Shown: positions 15,495 through 24,315 of the stretch, piece by piece
Numbering within the stretch: position 1 is the first letter of the stretch
Layout of the letters: each line of letters starts with the position of its first letter
Source of the DNA: Polyangiaceae bacterium
GTDB lineage: Bacteria; Myxococcota_A; Polyangia; Polyangiales; Polyangiaceae
NCBI GenBank assembly: GCA_049578005.1
Contig: JBAULD010000067.1
Coordinates: forward strand, 1-36,194
Direction of reading: 5' to 3'
Length of the DNA: 36,194 nt
Position numbers and translations under genes: made by a program
Notes under the pieces: generated by a model
Databases searched by the model: none
What the model saw: the letters and a program-made list of their open reading frames with translations, nothing else
What the model was told of the DNA's origin: nothing

Positions 15495-16781
15495 AATCCG
15501 AATGAGCCGCGGCGACGAAGCGGCCACGCCGCTGTGGGCGATCGCGTCGAGAGCGCGACGTACGTCGCGCTCCACCGCTTCGTGCGTCAGCATGACGATG
15601 TCCACCGGAAGCCCGCTCGATCCACCCCCACTCTCCTGGACCATCTGCTCGATCGAGACGCCGGCGTCGCCCAAGGCACCGGCGAGGCGCGCCAGAACTC
15701 CCGGTCGGTCGTGGGCCTGAAAGCGCAGGTAATAGCGGGTCCGGACTTCGTCGATGGACGCGAGCGGACGCATCTTGGTCTGAATGCTCCGCGTGGCCAG
15801 GCCCGCGACACCGCTCAGCCTCGCGCGCGCCACGTCGAGGACGTCGGCCACGACACTCACCGCGGTCGGCATGTCGCCCGCGCCACGGCCCGACAAAAGA
15901 CACGGACCGAGCGCGCGCCCCTCGACGGCGATGGCGTTGAGCACGCCGCCGACGTTCGCGAGCGGCGTGTCGCGGTGAACCAGCGCGGGATGGACCCGTA
16001 GCTCGATCCCGTCGCCGCGCTCGCGGCCAATGGCCATGTGCTTGATGGCGAAGCCGAATCTCTCGGCAAAGCGGTGGTCGATCGGATCGATGCCCCGGAT
16101 TCCCTCGGTGGGGACACGCTCGGCGTCCACGCGCGCGCCAAAGGCCAGCATCGCCAAGACGACGAGCTTGTGAGCCGCGTCGTGACCGTCGACGTCGAGG
16201 CTCGGATCGGCCTCGGCGTACCCTTTTTCCTGCGCTTCGCGTACGGCGACGTCGAACGCCAACCCGTCGTCGTGCATCCGGGTGAGCACGTAGTTGCATG
16301 TTCCGTTGACGATCCCCTCGAGTCGCACGACCCAATCGCACGCGAGCGCATCGCGAAGCACCCGCACGACCGGAATCCCCCCCCCGACCGACCCTTCGAA
16401 GCCCAGGTCCACGCCGTTCGCCACGGCGCGGTCGACGAGAGCCGGGCCGTGCTTGGCGAGGAGCATCTTGTTGGCCGTGACCACGCTCCGCTTCGTGTCG
16501 ATGGCTCGCTCGACGTAGCCGCGCGTCGGATCGACGCCCCCCATGACTTCGACGAACACGTCGATCGTCGGGTCACCGAGGAGCGCTTCGGGATCCGTGG
16601 TGAGAAGCCCTCGGTCGAGCGCCGCGCCGCGCTCTTTTCCAGTGTCCCGAACGAGAACCCGCGCCACTTCGAGCGGCGCACCGATGCTTTGCGCGACGTA
16701 CTCCGAGCTCTCGCGAAGAAGCCGAAGGACGCCGCCTCCAACGGTGCCGCAGCCGAGGAGCCCCACACGAATCGGTTTCAT
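15489..16781 (-). CDS. hom: Homoserine dehydrogenase with C-terminal ACT domain
   Basis: 430 aa. It has an N-terminal Rossmann motif (MKPIRVGLLGCGTVGGGV), a catalytic-domain segment (GIVNGTCNYVLTRM) and a C-terminal ACT-like region (YYLRFQAHDRPGVLARLAGALGDAGVSIEQM). Confidence 0.95.
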   Translation of the reverse strand: MKPIRVGLLGCGTVGGGVLRLLRESSEYVAQSIGAPLEVARVLVRDTGKERGAALDRGLLTTDPEALLGDPTIDVFVEVMGGVDPTRGYVERAIDTKRSVVTANKMLLAKHGPALVDRAVANGVDLGFEGSVGGGIPVVRVLRDALACDWVVRLEGIVNGTCNYVLTRMHDDGLAFDVAVREAQEKGYAEADPSLDVDGHDAAHKLVVLAMLAFGARVDAERVPTEGIRGIDPIDHRFAERFGFAIKHMAIGRERGDGIELRVHPALVHRDTPLANVGGVLNAIAVEGRALGPCLLSGRGAGDMPTAVSVVADVLDVARARLSGVAGLATRSIQTKMRPLASIDEVRTRYYLRFQAHDRPGVLARLAGALGDAGVSIEQMVQESGGGSSGLPVDIVMLTHEAVERDVRRALDAIAHSGVAASSPRLIRIL

Positions 16782-16918
16782 CGCGCGAGCTTACAACGGA
16801 CGCGGCTCGAGAAAAGGGCGCAGCGTAGCCGCGAGGAGCCCTTCGGACGCGTTCAAGCTTGCGATGAAGCGGCGAACCCGGGCCCGCGACAGAAGTCGAA
16901 TGCGATATCCTTGAACGT

Positions 16919-16969
16919 CTAGAAGACGCTCGGCCTTGGAGAAAAGGACCAGCCAGGGCCTTCTTCTAG
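16919..16969 (-). terminator. Extended stem-loop spanning the lon stop codon (candidate terminator or processing site)
   Basis: CTAGAAGA (16919..16926) pairs with TCTTCTAG (16962..16969). GGCCTTGG (16932..16939) pairs with CCAGGGCC (16953..16960, one G-U). The loop is 13 nt. No U-run follows on the minus strand. Confidence 0.35.
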
Positions 16970-19380
16970 TTTGACGGAATCGGCTGGGGCGCCGCCTTCT
17001 CTTCAGGCTTGGGCTTCGGCATCTCCTCGAGCGCCGCTTCGAGGACCTGGTCCATTTTGCTGACGAACACGAATTCGAGCTCGCCTTTGACCTCGGCGGG
17101 GACTTCGTCGAGATCGGCCTTGTTGCGCTCCGGGACGAGCACGCGCTTGATTCCGGCTCGGTGTGCCGCCAGCACCTTTTCTTTGAGACCACCGATGGGC
17201 AGAACGCGCCCGCGGAGCGTAATCTCGCCGGTCATGGCTACGTCGTGACGGACGCGGATCCCGGTCAGCATCGACACGAGCGCCGTGAACATCGTGACGC
17301 CCGCGCTCGGCCCGTCCTTCGGCATCGCACCGGCCGGGATGTGGATGTGGATGTCGCTCTTCTCGAGGAAGTCTTTGGCGATGCCGTAGCGCTCGGCGTT
17401 CGTACGGACGTACGACAGCGCTGCCTGCGCAGACTCCTTCATGACGTCGCCGAGCTGCCCGGTCAGTTGCAGCTTGCCGGACCCGAACATGCGCGTCGCC
17501 TCGATGAACAGGATCTCGCCGCCGACGCTCGTCCACGCGAGCCCCGTCGCCACTCCCGCTTCTTCCGTTCGCTCCGCCACTTCGCTGGTGAACTTCTGCG
17601 GCCCGAGGAACTCGCGCACTTGCTCTTCGCCGTCGATCTTGCGTGCCGTCGTATCCCCTTCGGCGATCTTCACGGCCACCCCGCGAATGATGCTGGCGAT
17701 CTGACGCTCGAGCGTCCGCACGCCGGCTTCGCGGGTGTACGTGTCGATGACGAGATCGACGGCCGGATCGGTGATGTCGAGCATCTCTTTGGTGATTCCG
17801 TGCTCTTCGAGCTGCTTCGGAACCAGGTGCCGGCGGGCGATCGCGAGCTTTTCGCGCCGCGTGTAGCCGGGGATTTCGAGGATCTCCATGCGGTCGCGAA
17901 GCGGCGCCGGGATCGGATCGGCGATGTTCGCCGTGGCGACGAACATCACGTTTGAGAGGTCGTACGGGATCTCGAGGTAGTGGTCCGCGAACGTGTTGTT
18001 CTGTTCGGGATCGAGCACCTCGAGGAGCGCCGCGGCCGGGTCGCCGCGGAAGTCGTGACCGATCTTGTCCACCTCGTCCATCATGAAGACGGGGTTGATC
18101 GTGCCCGCTTTCTTCATTCCCTGGATGATCTGCCCGGGGAGCGCGCCGACGTACGTGCGCCGGTGACCACGGATTGCCGCCTCGTCGTGAACGCCGCCGA
18201 GCGAGATGCGGACGAACTTTCGTCCGAGCGCGCGTGCGATGCTGCGGCCGAGCGACGTCTTGCCGACACCGGGCGGACCGATGAGGCAGAGGATCGGGCC
18301 TTTCTTGTCCTTCTTCAGCTTGCGCACCGCGAGGTATTCGAGGATCCGCTTTTTGACCTTCTCGAGCCCGTAGTGGTCCTCGTCGAGGACCTTGCGCACG
18401 GCACCGATGTCCATGTTGTCCGGCGTCTGGACGTGCCAAGGCAGGTCCAGAATCCAGTCGAGGTACGTGCGCACGACAGTGTATTCGGCGCTTCCGACCT
18501 GCATGTTGCGCAGACGCTTGAGCTGCTTCTTGGCGACCTGCTCGGCTTCCTGCGGGAGGTTGGCCTTCGCGATTCGCTCCTCGATGCCGTCGAGGTCCCC
18601 TTGATCGCCTTCGTCCTCCCCGAGCTCCTCCTTGATGGCCTTGAGCTGCTGGCGCAGCACGTATTCGCGCTGGTTTTTCCCCATCTCCTCCTTGATTTGG
18701 GAGTTGATGCGCTCGCGCATCTTGAGGATCTCGAGCTGCCGCGTCAGAAGCTTGAGCACTTTTCGAATGCGCTCTTTGACGTCGATCATCTCGAGCAGCG
18801 AAGCCTTCTCGTCCACCGGGGCGTCGAGATTGCCCGCCACCAGATCCGCGAGAGCTCCCGGAGCCTGAATCGAGTCGATGAGCGACCCGGCTTCCCGAGG
18901 AAGCTCGGGCATGAGCTGGATCACCTGCTTGGCGATGTCCCGCAGGCTCATGCTCAGCGCTTCGGCCTCGTCGTCCGCGGCATTCTGCTCGGGCAGCCGG
19001 CTCACCTTCGCTTTGAGGTAGGGACCGGTCTGGGTCATCGTGTCGAGGCGTATCCGCGTGAGCCCCTGCAGGATCAGCGAATAGTTGCCCGAGCTGTGCT
19101 TGAGCGCCTTGAGCACGCGCGCTGCACAGCCGACATGATGCAAGTCGTCTTTCCCCGGATCGTCGGTCGACGGGTCCCGCTGCGCAAAGATGGCAATGAC
19201 GGGCGCCGTCAGGTTGTCCACGTCTTCCACGAGCGCGACAGACTTCTCGCGGCCCACGTCGAAGGGCGCAACGGCGCCCGGGAAAAGGACTGCATTGCGG
19301 ATCGGCAAGACGGGTAATTCGTCGCCGAACTGGATTGCCTCGTCTTCCTCTCGTGCGGGGGTCTGCTTCTTCTCGGACAT
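16966..19380 (-). CDS. lon: ATP-dependent Lon protease
   Basis: 804 aa from the ATG at 19380 (MSEKKQ...[14 protein letters not shown]). It has Walker A ([15 protein letters not shown]) and the protease domain motif PKDGPSAG with catalytic Ser. The track ORF start at 19467 is probably upstream read-through. Confidence 0.97.
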   Translation of the reverse strand: MSEKKQTPAREEDEAIQFGDELPVLPIRNAVLFPGAVAPFDVGREKSVALVEDVDNLTAPVIAIFAQRDPSTDDPGKDDLHHVGCAARVLKALKHSSGNYSLILQGLTRIRLDTMTQTGPYLKAKVSRLPEQNAADDEAEALSMSLRDIAKQVIQLMPELPREAGSLIDSIQAPGALADLVAGNLDAPVDEKASLLEMIDVKERIRKVLKLLTRQLEILKMRERINSQIKEEMGKNQREYVLRQQLKAIKEELGEDEGDQGDLDGIEERIAKANLPQEAEQVAKKQLKRLRNMQVGSAEYTVVRTYLDWILDLPWHVQTPDNMDIGAVRKVLDEDHYGLEKVKKRILEYLAVRKLKKDKKGPILCLIGPPGVGKTSLGRSIARALGRKFVRISLGGVHDEAAIRGHRRTYVGALPGQIIQGMKKAGTINPVFMMDEVDKIGHDFRGDPAAALLEVLDPEQNNTFADHYLEIPYDLSNVMFVATANIADPIPAPLRDRMEILEIPGYTRREKLAIARRHLVPKQLEEHGITKEMLDITDPAVDLVIDTYTREAGVRTLERQIASIIRGVAVKIAEGDTTARKIDGEEQVREFLGPQKFTSEVAERTEEAGVATGLAWTSVGGEILFIEATRMFGSGKLQLTGQLGDVMKESAQAALSYVRTNAERYGIAKDFLEKSDIHIHIPAGAMPKDGPSAGVTMFTALVSMLTGIRVRHDVAMTGEITLRGRVLPIGGLKEKVLAAHRAGIKRVLVPERNKADLDEVPAEVKGELEFVFVSKMDQVLEAALEEMPKPKPEEKAAPQPIPSN

Positions 19381-19539
19381 TTTCTCGCTACCTCTCGCGA
19401 TAGGCGCTGATGCGACGCGCCCTTGGGAAGAATGTCGGCTGCGTTTCAGCCATCCTAAGCACGCCATTTCTCGCGCGCCACTGCAAGCGGGAGCAAGGAT
19501 CGCGCCGCCTCAACCGGGGCCGTCACGTAGTGACGTTGC

Positions 19540-20871
19540 CTACACACTGGCGACCAAACGAGCCGGATCCAGCGTGTGGATTGCCAGACCGGTCGGCACC
19601 TTCGGATAGAAGAAAGTGCTCTTCTGCGGCATCACTTCGCCCGCTTCCGCCACCTCGCGAACCTGGGCCACGGGCGTCGCGTTCATGAGGAAGAGCACGT
19701 TCCCAGTTCCGCTGCGCAGCGCCCCGAGCGCGGCCCGCGCGTCCTGCGGATAAAATAGGTTCGTCTTTGCGGCTTGCGCTTGCGGCGTGATGCCGAGAAT
19801 GTGCTCGAGGATACCCGCGTGCAGAAGGGTCACGTCCGTCTTCCGGAGGACGGCCGGCTTGGTCCCCAGGGTCGGATGGGAGTCGAGGTGCGCATCGTCG
19901 CGCAGCGTCAGAACGATGACGCGACCGTCAGCCCCCGCGGCCCCCACGCTGGGTCCGCGATCACCGGCCAGGCGAAGGGCGCTCACGATTTCTTCTGCCT
20001 CTGCTCCTCGCGAGAGCTCGGTGACGACGAACGTGTCGCGGGCTCGCCGCGCGAAGTCGTCGAAAGAGAATGCGACGAGCGAGTGCACGTGACGATGGGT
20101 CGGAAAGACGACGAGGTTGGGATCGTCGCCGTTGACGAGAAAGGTCAGGAAGTAGCGATGCTCTGCGCGCGGAGGGGCGCCGGGGTGCGCCGAAGAGACC
20201 TCCCCGGAGTACCGAAGCGCGGTTTCGTATCGGTGGTGGCCGTCGGCGATGAGGAGCGTCGAGCGCGCGACGCCGTCGACGATCGCGCGGAGAGCGGGGC
20301 CCGACCGCACCCGTGCGAGCGCGTGGTGGATACCGTCGGGCGTATCCACCTCCGCGAGAGGTTCTCCTTCGGCGAGCGGGCCGTCGAGTTTCCCGTGCGG
20401 ATCGCGATAGAGCATGAATCCAGGGCTCAAGTTCGTACCGGTCGCTCGGAAGAGTTTGAGGCGGTCCTCTTTGGGACCCGAGAGCGTGCGCTCGTGCGGC
20501 AAGACGATGCGCTGGTCGAAGGGCACCACCCTGACGAGGGCCAGAAAGCCACGCCGCGCGATCGGACGCGCGCCGGGGGCCCCCGGCGGCAGAAACGTCT
20601 GATCGAAGCGATAGAACGAGGGCTCCGAGTCGCGCACCAAAACGCCCTCGGCGCGCCAGCGCGCCAAGACCTCGGAGGCGTGGGCGTATTTCGTGTCCCC
20701 TTCGCCGTCGGGCAGAATGAGCTGCACGATGTTGTGCGGGTCCCGCGCGGCCAGCTCGGCGCGTTCGGCTGGAGAGATGACGTCGTACGGGGGAGAGAGG
20801 ACGCTGGCGAGACCGCCGGAGAGGCGGCTTATATCGTAACGGAGCGGCGTGAGCGGGGCGATTTCGGCCAT
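19540..20871 (-). CDS. DUF1015 family protein
   Basis: 443 aa: MAEIAPLTPLRYD...PPYDVIS...LPHERT...IADGHHRYETAL. This is the characteristic DUF1015 motif set. Only 3 nt separate it from the purD stop. Confidence 0.75.
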   Translation of the reverse strand: MAEIAPLTPLRYDISRLSGGLASVLSPPYDVISPAERAELAARDPHNIVQLILPDGEGDTKYAHASEVLARWRAEGVLVRDSEPSFYRFDQTFLPPGAPGARPIARRGFLALVRVVPFDQRIVLPHERTLSGPKEDRLKLFRATGTNLSPGFMLYRDPHGKLDGPLAEGEPLAEVDTPDGIHHALARVRSGPALRAIVDGVARSTLLIADGHHRYETALRYSGEVSSAHPGAPPRAEHRYFLTFLVNGDDPNLVVFPTHRHVHSLVAFSFDDFARRARDTFVVTELSRGAEAEEIVSALRLAGDRGPSVGAAGADGRVIVLTLRDDAHLDSHPTLGTKPAVLRKTDVTLLHAGILEHILGITPQAQAAKTNLFYPQDARAALGALRSGTGNVLFLMNATPVAQVREVAEAGEVMPQKSTFFYPKVPTGLAIHTLDPARLVASV

Positions 20872-20874
20872 GAC

Positions 20875-22185
20875 CTATTTCCCTTCGCTGACAACTGGGA
20901 GGATGCGGCCGATGTCGCGGCGATGGTGCTCCCCTTCCCAGCGGATGCGATCAACGGCGTCGTACGCGCTCCGTGCCGCCTGGTCGAGCGTCGGCGCATA
21001 CGCGCCGACCGTCAGTACCCGACCGCCGCTCGTGACGACGCGGCCGTCCGGGGATCGGGCCGTACCGGCGTGTCGCACGAATGTCCCTGGCGGCAGCGGC
21101 GCGTCGAGCCCCTCGATGGCGTCGCCCGTCCGCGGCTTGCCGGGATAACCGGCCGCTGCCATCACCACCGACAGGGCGGCGCCGGGGGCGGTGCCCGCCT
21201 GCACGCGCGACAGATCGCCGAGCGCGGCTCCTTCGAGAAGTTCGAACCAATCGCCGTCGTACATGGGCACGAGCACGGTGGCCTCCGGGTCGCCGAAGCG
21301 CACGTTATACTCGAGCACCCGCGGGATGCCGTGCTCGATCATCAGTCCGACGAAAAGCACGCCGCGAAACGGGGCGCCCTCGGCGGCCATACCCGCCAGT
21401 GTGGGCTCGACGACGTCCCGCATGACGATCGCCCGCACCTCCGAGGTCACGGCGCCAGAAGGCGCGTATGCGCCCATGCCGCCCGTGTTCGGGCCGCGAT
21501 CGCCGTCTCCGACACGCTTGTGGTCTCGCGCCGACGCCAAGGCCACGGCGCGCTTTCCGTCGCAAACGACGTGGAAGCTTGCTTCTTCTCCCGAAAGTCG
21601 CTCCTCCAGCACGAGAACGCGTCCCGCGTCGCCGAACTCGCGCCCGCGCATGATGCGGTCGATTCCGGCGCAAGCTTCGTCGACGGTGTCGGCGACGACG
21701 ACCCCCTTGCCGGCGGCCAACCCGTCGGCTTTGACGACCAACGGAGCGGCGGACGGGCCTCGATCCTGCGCGTGATCCCGCAGGTGTCGTTGCGCCGCGT
21801 CGGGGTCGTCGAAGACGGCGAACGGCGCGGTCGGGATGCTGTAGCGTTTACAGAATCCCTTCATGAAGGCCTTCGATGCCTCGAGTCGAGCCGCGGCTCG
21901 ACTCGGACCGAAAGCGGTCACCCCGCGCGCGACGAGGGCGTCCACGGCGCCGAGGACCAGCGGGAGCTCGGGACCGATTACGACGAGATCCGGGCGCTCG
22001 GCCGCGGCCAGTTGGACGATTCCGTCGACGTCGTCCACGCGAACCGGCACGTTTCGACCGACCGCCGCGCTGCCCGCGTTGCCGGGGGCGACGAGGACCT
22101 CGTGTGCGGCGCCGGCAAGCGCCGCGGCCAGCGCGTGCTCTCGGGCGCCCGACCCGACCACGATCACTTTCGCTCTTCTCGCCAT
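20875..22185 (-). CDS. purD: Phosphoribosylamine-glycine ligase
   Basis: From the ATG at 22185: MARRAKVIVVGSGAREHALAAAL...VVKADGLAAGKGV...GPNTGGMGAY...EYNVRFGDPE. The longer track ORF (to 22374) adds a Ser/Arg-rich extension with no signal. Confidence 0.95.
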   Translation of the reverse strand: MARRAKVIVVGSGAREHALAAALAGAAHEVLVAPGNAGSAAVGRNVPVRVDDVDGIVQLAAAERPDLVVIGPELPLVLGAVDALVARGVTAFGPSRAAARLEASKAFMKGFCKRYSIPTAPFAVFDDPDAAQRHLRDHAQDRGPSAAPLVVKADGLAAGKGVVVADTVDEACAGIDRIMRGREFGDAGRVLVLEERLSGEEASFHVVCDGKRAVALASARDHKRVGDGDRGPNTGGMGAYAPSGAVTSEVRAIVMRDVVEPTLAGMAAEGAPFRGVLFVGLMIEHGIPRVLEYNVRFGDPEATVLVPMYDGDWFELLEGAALGDLSRVQAGTAPGAALSVVMAAAGYPGKPRTGDAIEGLDAPLPPGTFVRHAGTARSPDGRVVTSGGRVLTVGAYAPTLDQAARSAYDAVDRIRWEGEHHRRDIGRILPVVSEGK

Positions 22186-22216
22186 TGCGTACTGCCCGCA
22201 GGCAAGCCGGCGCGTA

Positions 22217-22249
22217 GCACGCTGACGGCGACTCGCCAAGCAAGCGTGC
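22217..22249. promoter_or_regulatory. Nested inverted repeat in the purD / PilZ-like divergent intergenic region
   Basis: The outer arms are GCACGCT (22217..22223) and AGCGTGC (22243..22249). They enclose the palindrome GGCGA-C-TCGCC (22227..22237). A further small repeat TGCC-cgca-GGCA lies at 22193..22204. Confidence 0.35.
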
Positions 22250-22270
22250 CCCGTCGTATCCTCACGTTCT

Positions 22271-22774
22271 GTGGCCGATTCGCTCCCGCCCGTCGCAATC
22301 CGCGTCGCACGCCCGTTCGAAACCGAGGACGAACTCCTCGAGAACGAGCTGGAGACGCTGACCCGCACGAGCATTACGCTCCTCGGCGCGCCCTCTCGGC
22401 CGCCCGGTCTCGTTCTGCGGTTCGAGCTCGTCCTCGCATCCGGGCAGGCGGTCTTGCGGGGCGAGGGTCGCGTCGTCGGCTACAAGCCGGACGCTCACTT
22501 CGGGACGGGCGGACTCACGCTCCGCTTCACTCGGCTCGATACACGATCGAAGGCGCTCGTCGACCGGGCCACGGCGATGCGCGACCGACGGCGTCCCTCC
22601 GCGCTCCCCGCGATGCCGGAGTCGCCGTCGCTGCCCGCTCCCCCCATCACGTTGGTCGAGGAAGATCCTGCCCCGCCACCGTCCGAAGAGGCGCCGCCTC
22701 GATTGTCGCGCGACCGAGACGCATTGCTCGAGCGGTTGCGCGAACGATCCCGGGGTCTCGGCCGGCGCCGCTGA
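22271..22774 (+). CDS. Hypothetical protein, PilZ-like beta-barrel N-domain plus Pro-rich tail
   Basis: 167 aa with a GTG start. VAIRVARPFETEDEL...LVLRFELVLASGQAVLRGEGRVVGYKPD...GGLTLRFTRLD resembles myxobacterial PilZ-type paralogous domains. No RxxxR or DxSxxG c-di-GMP motifs are recognisable. Confidence 0.4.
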   Translation: MADSLPPVAIRVARPFETEDELLENELETLTRTSITLLGAPSRPPGLVLRFELVLASGQAVLRGEGRVVGYKPDAHFGTGGLTLRFTRLDTRSKALVDRATAMRDRRRPSALPAMPESPSLPAPPITLVEEDPAPPPSEEAPPRLSRDRDALLERLRERSRGLGRRR

Positions 22775-22776
22775 CT

Positions 22777-24315
22777 TCACTGCGAAATGGCGGGCCCGAC
22801 GCCTTCTTCCTCGACGTGGTACTTGGCACGGATGCTGGCGTCGGCCGCTTTCGCTTCTTGAACGTCGAGCACGATGCGCTGAACGCTCTGGCCAGGGGCG
22901 AACGTCACGACGTGATACCCGCCCGCGGGGTGCGCGAAGGCCCCGCGCACCTCGTCGAGCGACCACACCGGAACGCCGTTGACGCGGTCGACGATGAGGT
23001 TTGAGATGTGCTCGTAGCCGAGGGTGGCGGCGACGGGCAGCACACCGGTGAGCACGATGATGCCCTGCCTCTCGGCCGACGAAGCCCATCGCTCGAGCTC
23101 AAATGGTTCGAGAACCCGAGGGGGTACCTTGGACTCCCAGTCCTTTCCAAAGGTGAGCAGGTACTCGTGCGAGAGCCGTTGGAAAACGAGGCCGCCCCGA
23201 ACCGCGTATCCGTTCGACTCCGGGGCATACCAGGGCACGAGGGTCTGGTCGCCGGGCCAGCGCTTCAACTGGACGTTCACGGACCGCCGCTCGCCATGTC
23301 GCAGCACCTGGACAGGGATCACATCGCCGGGATGATGTCCCTGCGAAAAGAGCGCGGGGCAAGAGAGCCGCCCCGCCGCCGGGTCGAGGTACGTGCCGTC
23401 GCTGTCGACCTTCGTGTCCCCCACCGAGAGAAGGACGTCGCCCCGCTCGAGCGCGCCGCTCGAGCTGCCCAGCGGCCAAACCTCGCTGACCAGCCAACCC
23501 CCGTCGCCGGGACCGAGGCCGAGAGAGCCGCGCAGAACGGGATTCGACAGCTTTTGCCCGATGAAATCGGCCGTGGCGCAGCCTCGATAGGGCGGATGCG
23601 CGGCCTCGTTCGCAAAGTCGATCAGGGTGCGCGAACCGACGGCGTATGCTTCCCCGTTGGATGCATTCGTCACCAACCCGGCGATCGTCCCGTCTGCGAC
23701 GACGACGTCCGAGATTCCGACGCGCTGCGTGTCGACCTGCGAGATCTTCATGTGAACGAACTCACAGCGGCCGCTCAGTTCGAAGCGGGTGACCGCGCCG
23801 TCGGACGCTTCCACGCGCATCCCCTCCGCGACGGCGTGGAGCAATTTCACGGTACGCAGACCGGGCAGCGCACCGGACAACACGGCCGGCGACAGGCCTT
23901 GCCAAAACGCCGGGTCGTCGACGGTGAGCTCGGCGAGTCCCGCGTCTGCGTCGAAGAGGGCAACTTTGGCCGGCACGCGCGCGATGCTCCCGGCCTTCTG
24001 CACCTCCACGTGCCGATGGTTGCGCAATCCCCACCCGCTGACGAGGATCCTGCCGCCATCGACTGCGAGGCCGGTCAACGTGCGCGTCCAGGGCTTTCCC
24101 GAGCCCCAAGGCGCGTTCCAATCGACATCGACCCCGTCGACATGCACGAGGACGACGGAGCGAGAGGGCTCCGGGGGAGCGGGAGAGGGCTGCGGCGGCG
24201 TCCAGACGGGTTGGGCCGCGACGGGTCTCGGCGCTTCGTGGTGGACACATGCCTCGGCGAGGCCGGCCACGACGAGAGTCCAGGTTCTACAGGCTCTTGT
24301 CATCACTGATGCCAT
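22777..24315 (-). CDS. Deg/HtrA-like (S1C fold plus PDZ-like) paralogue, probably non-catalytic
   Basis: Signal peptide (MASVMTRACRTWTLVVAGLAEAC). It can be aligned by eye along its length to the upstream protease (VDWNAPW.., ..LIVDRVNGVPVWSLDEVRGAF vs ..LVVDRVNGQGIRNLADLARVL). The His position reads Trp (LVSGWGL vs LTNAHVV) and the Asp position reads Gly (DAGLAELTV vs GCDLALLRV). The start at 24315 (alternative 24303) overlaps the upstream gene's end. Confidence 0.6.
   Translation of the reverse strand: MASVMTRACRTWTLVVAGLAEACVHHEAPRPVAAQPVWTPPQPSPAPPEPSRSVVLVHVDGVDVDWNAPWGSGKPWTRTLTGLAVDGGRILVSGWGLRNHRHVEVQKAGSIARVPAKVALFDADAGLAELTVDDPAFWQGLSPAVLSGALPGLRTVKLLHAVAEGMRVEASDGAVTRFELSGRCEFVHMKISQVDTQRVGISDVVVADGTIAGLVTNASNGEAYAVGSRTLIDFANEAAHPPYRGCATADFIGQKLSNPVLRGSLGLGPGDGGWLVSEVWPLGSSSGALERGDVLLSVGDTKVDSDGTYLDPAAGRLSCPALFSQGHHPGDVIPVQVLRHGERRSVNVQLKRWPGDQTLVPWYAPESNGYAVRGGLVFQRLSHEYLLTFGKDWESKVPPRVLEPFELERWASSAERQGIIVLTGVLPVAATLGYEHISNLIVDRVNGVPVWSLDEVRGAFAHPAGGYHVVTFAPGQSVQRIVLDVQEAKAADASIRAKYHVEEEGVGPAISQ

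Noticed and set aside
22186-22270. Possible ZTP (pfl) riboswitch upstream of purD
   Set aside because: The purD-strand sequence has fragments vaguely like the motif (TTGGCGA, CCTGCGGGCA). The conserved GGGUCGUG/CCGCCUGGGC elements and the pseudoknot geometry are not there. The region is only 85 nt and is shared with a divergent gene. The TTGGCGA piece is part of a DNA palindrome instead.
19774-23004. 1076-aa plus-strand ORF, the longest in the track
   Set aside because: It runs antisense to DUF1015 and purD, both of which have clear family motifs. Its composition is Arg/Gly/Asp/Val/Ala-rich with no motifs. This is the typical stop-codon-poor shadow frame of very GC-rich DNA.
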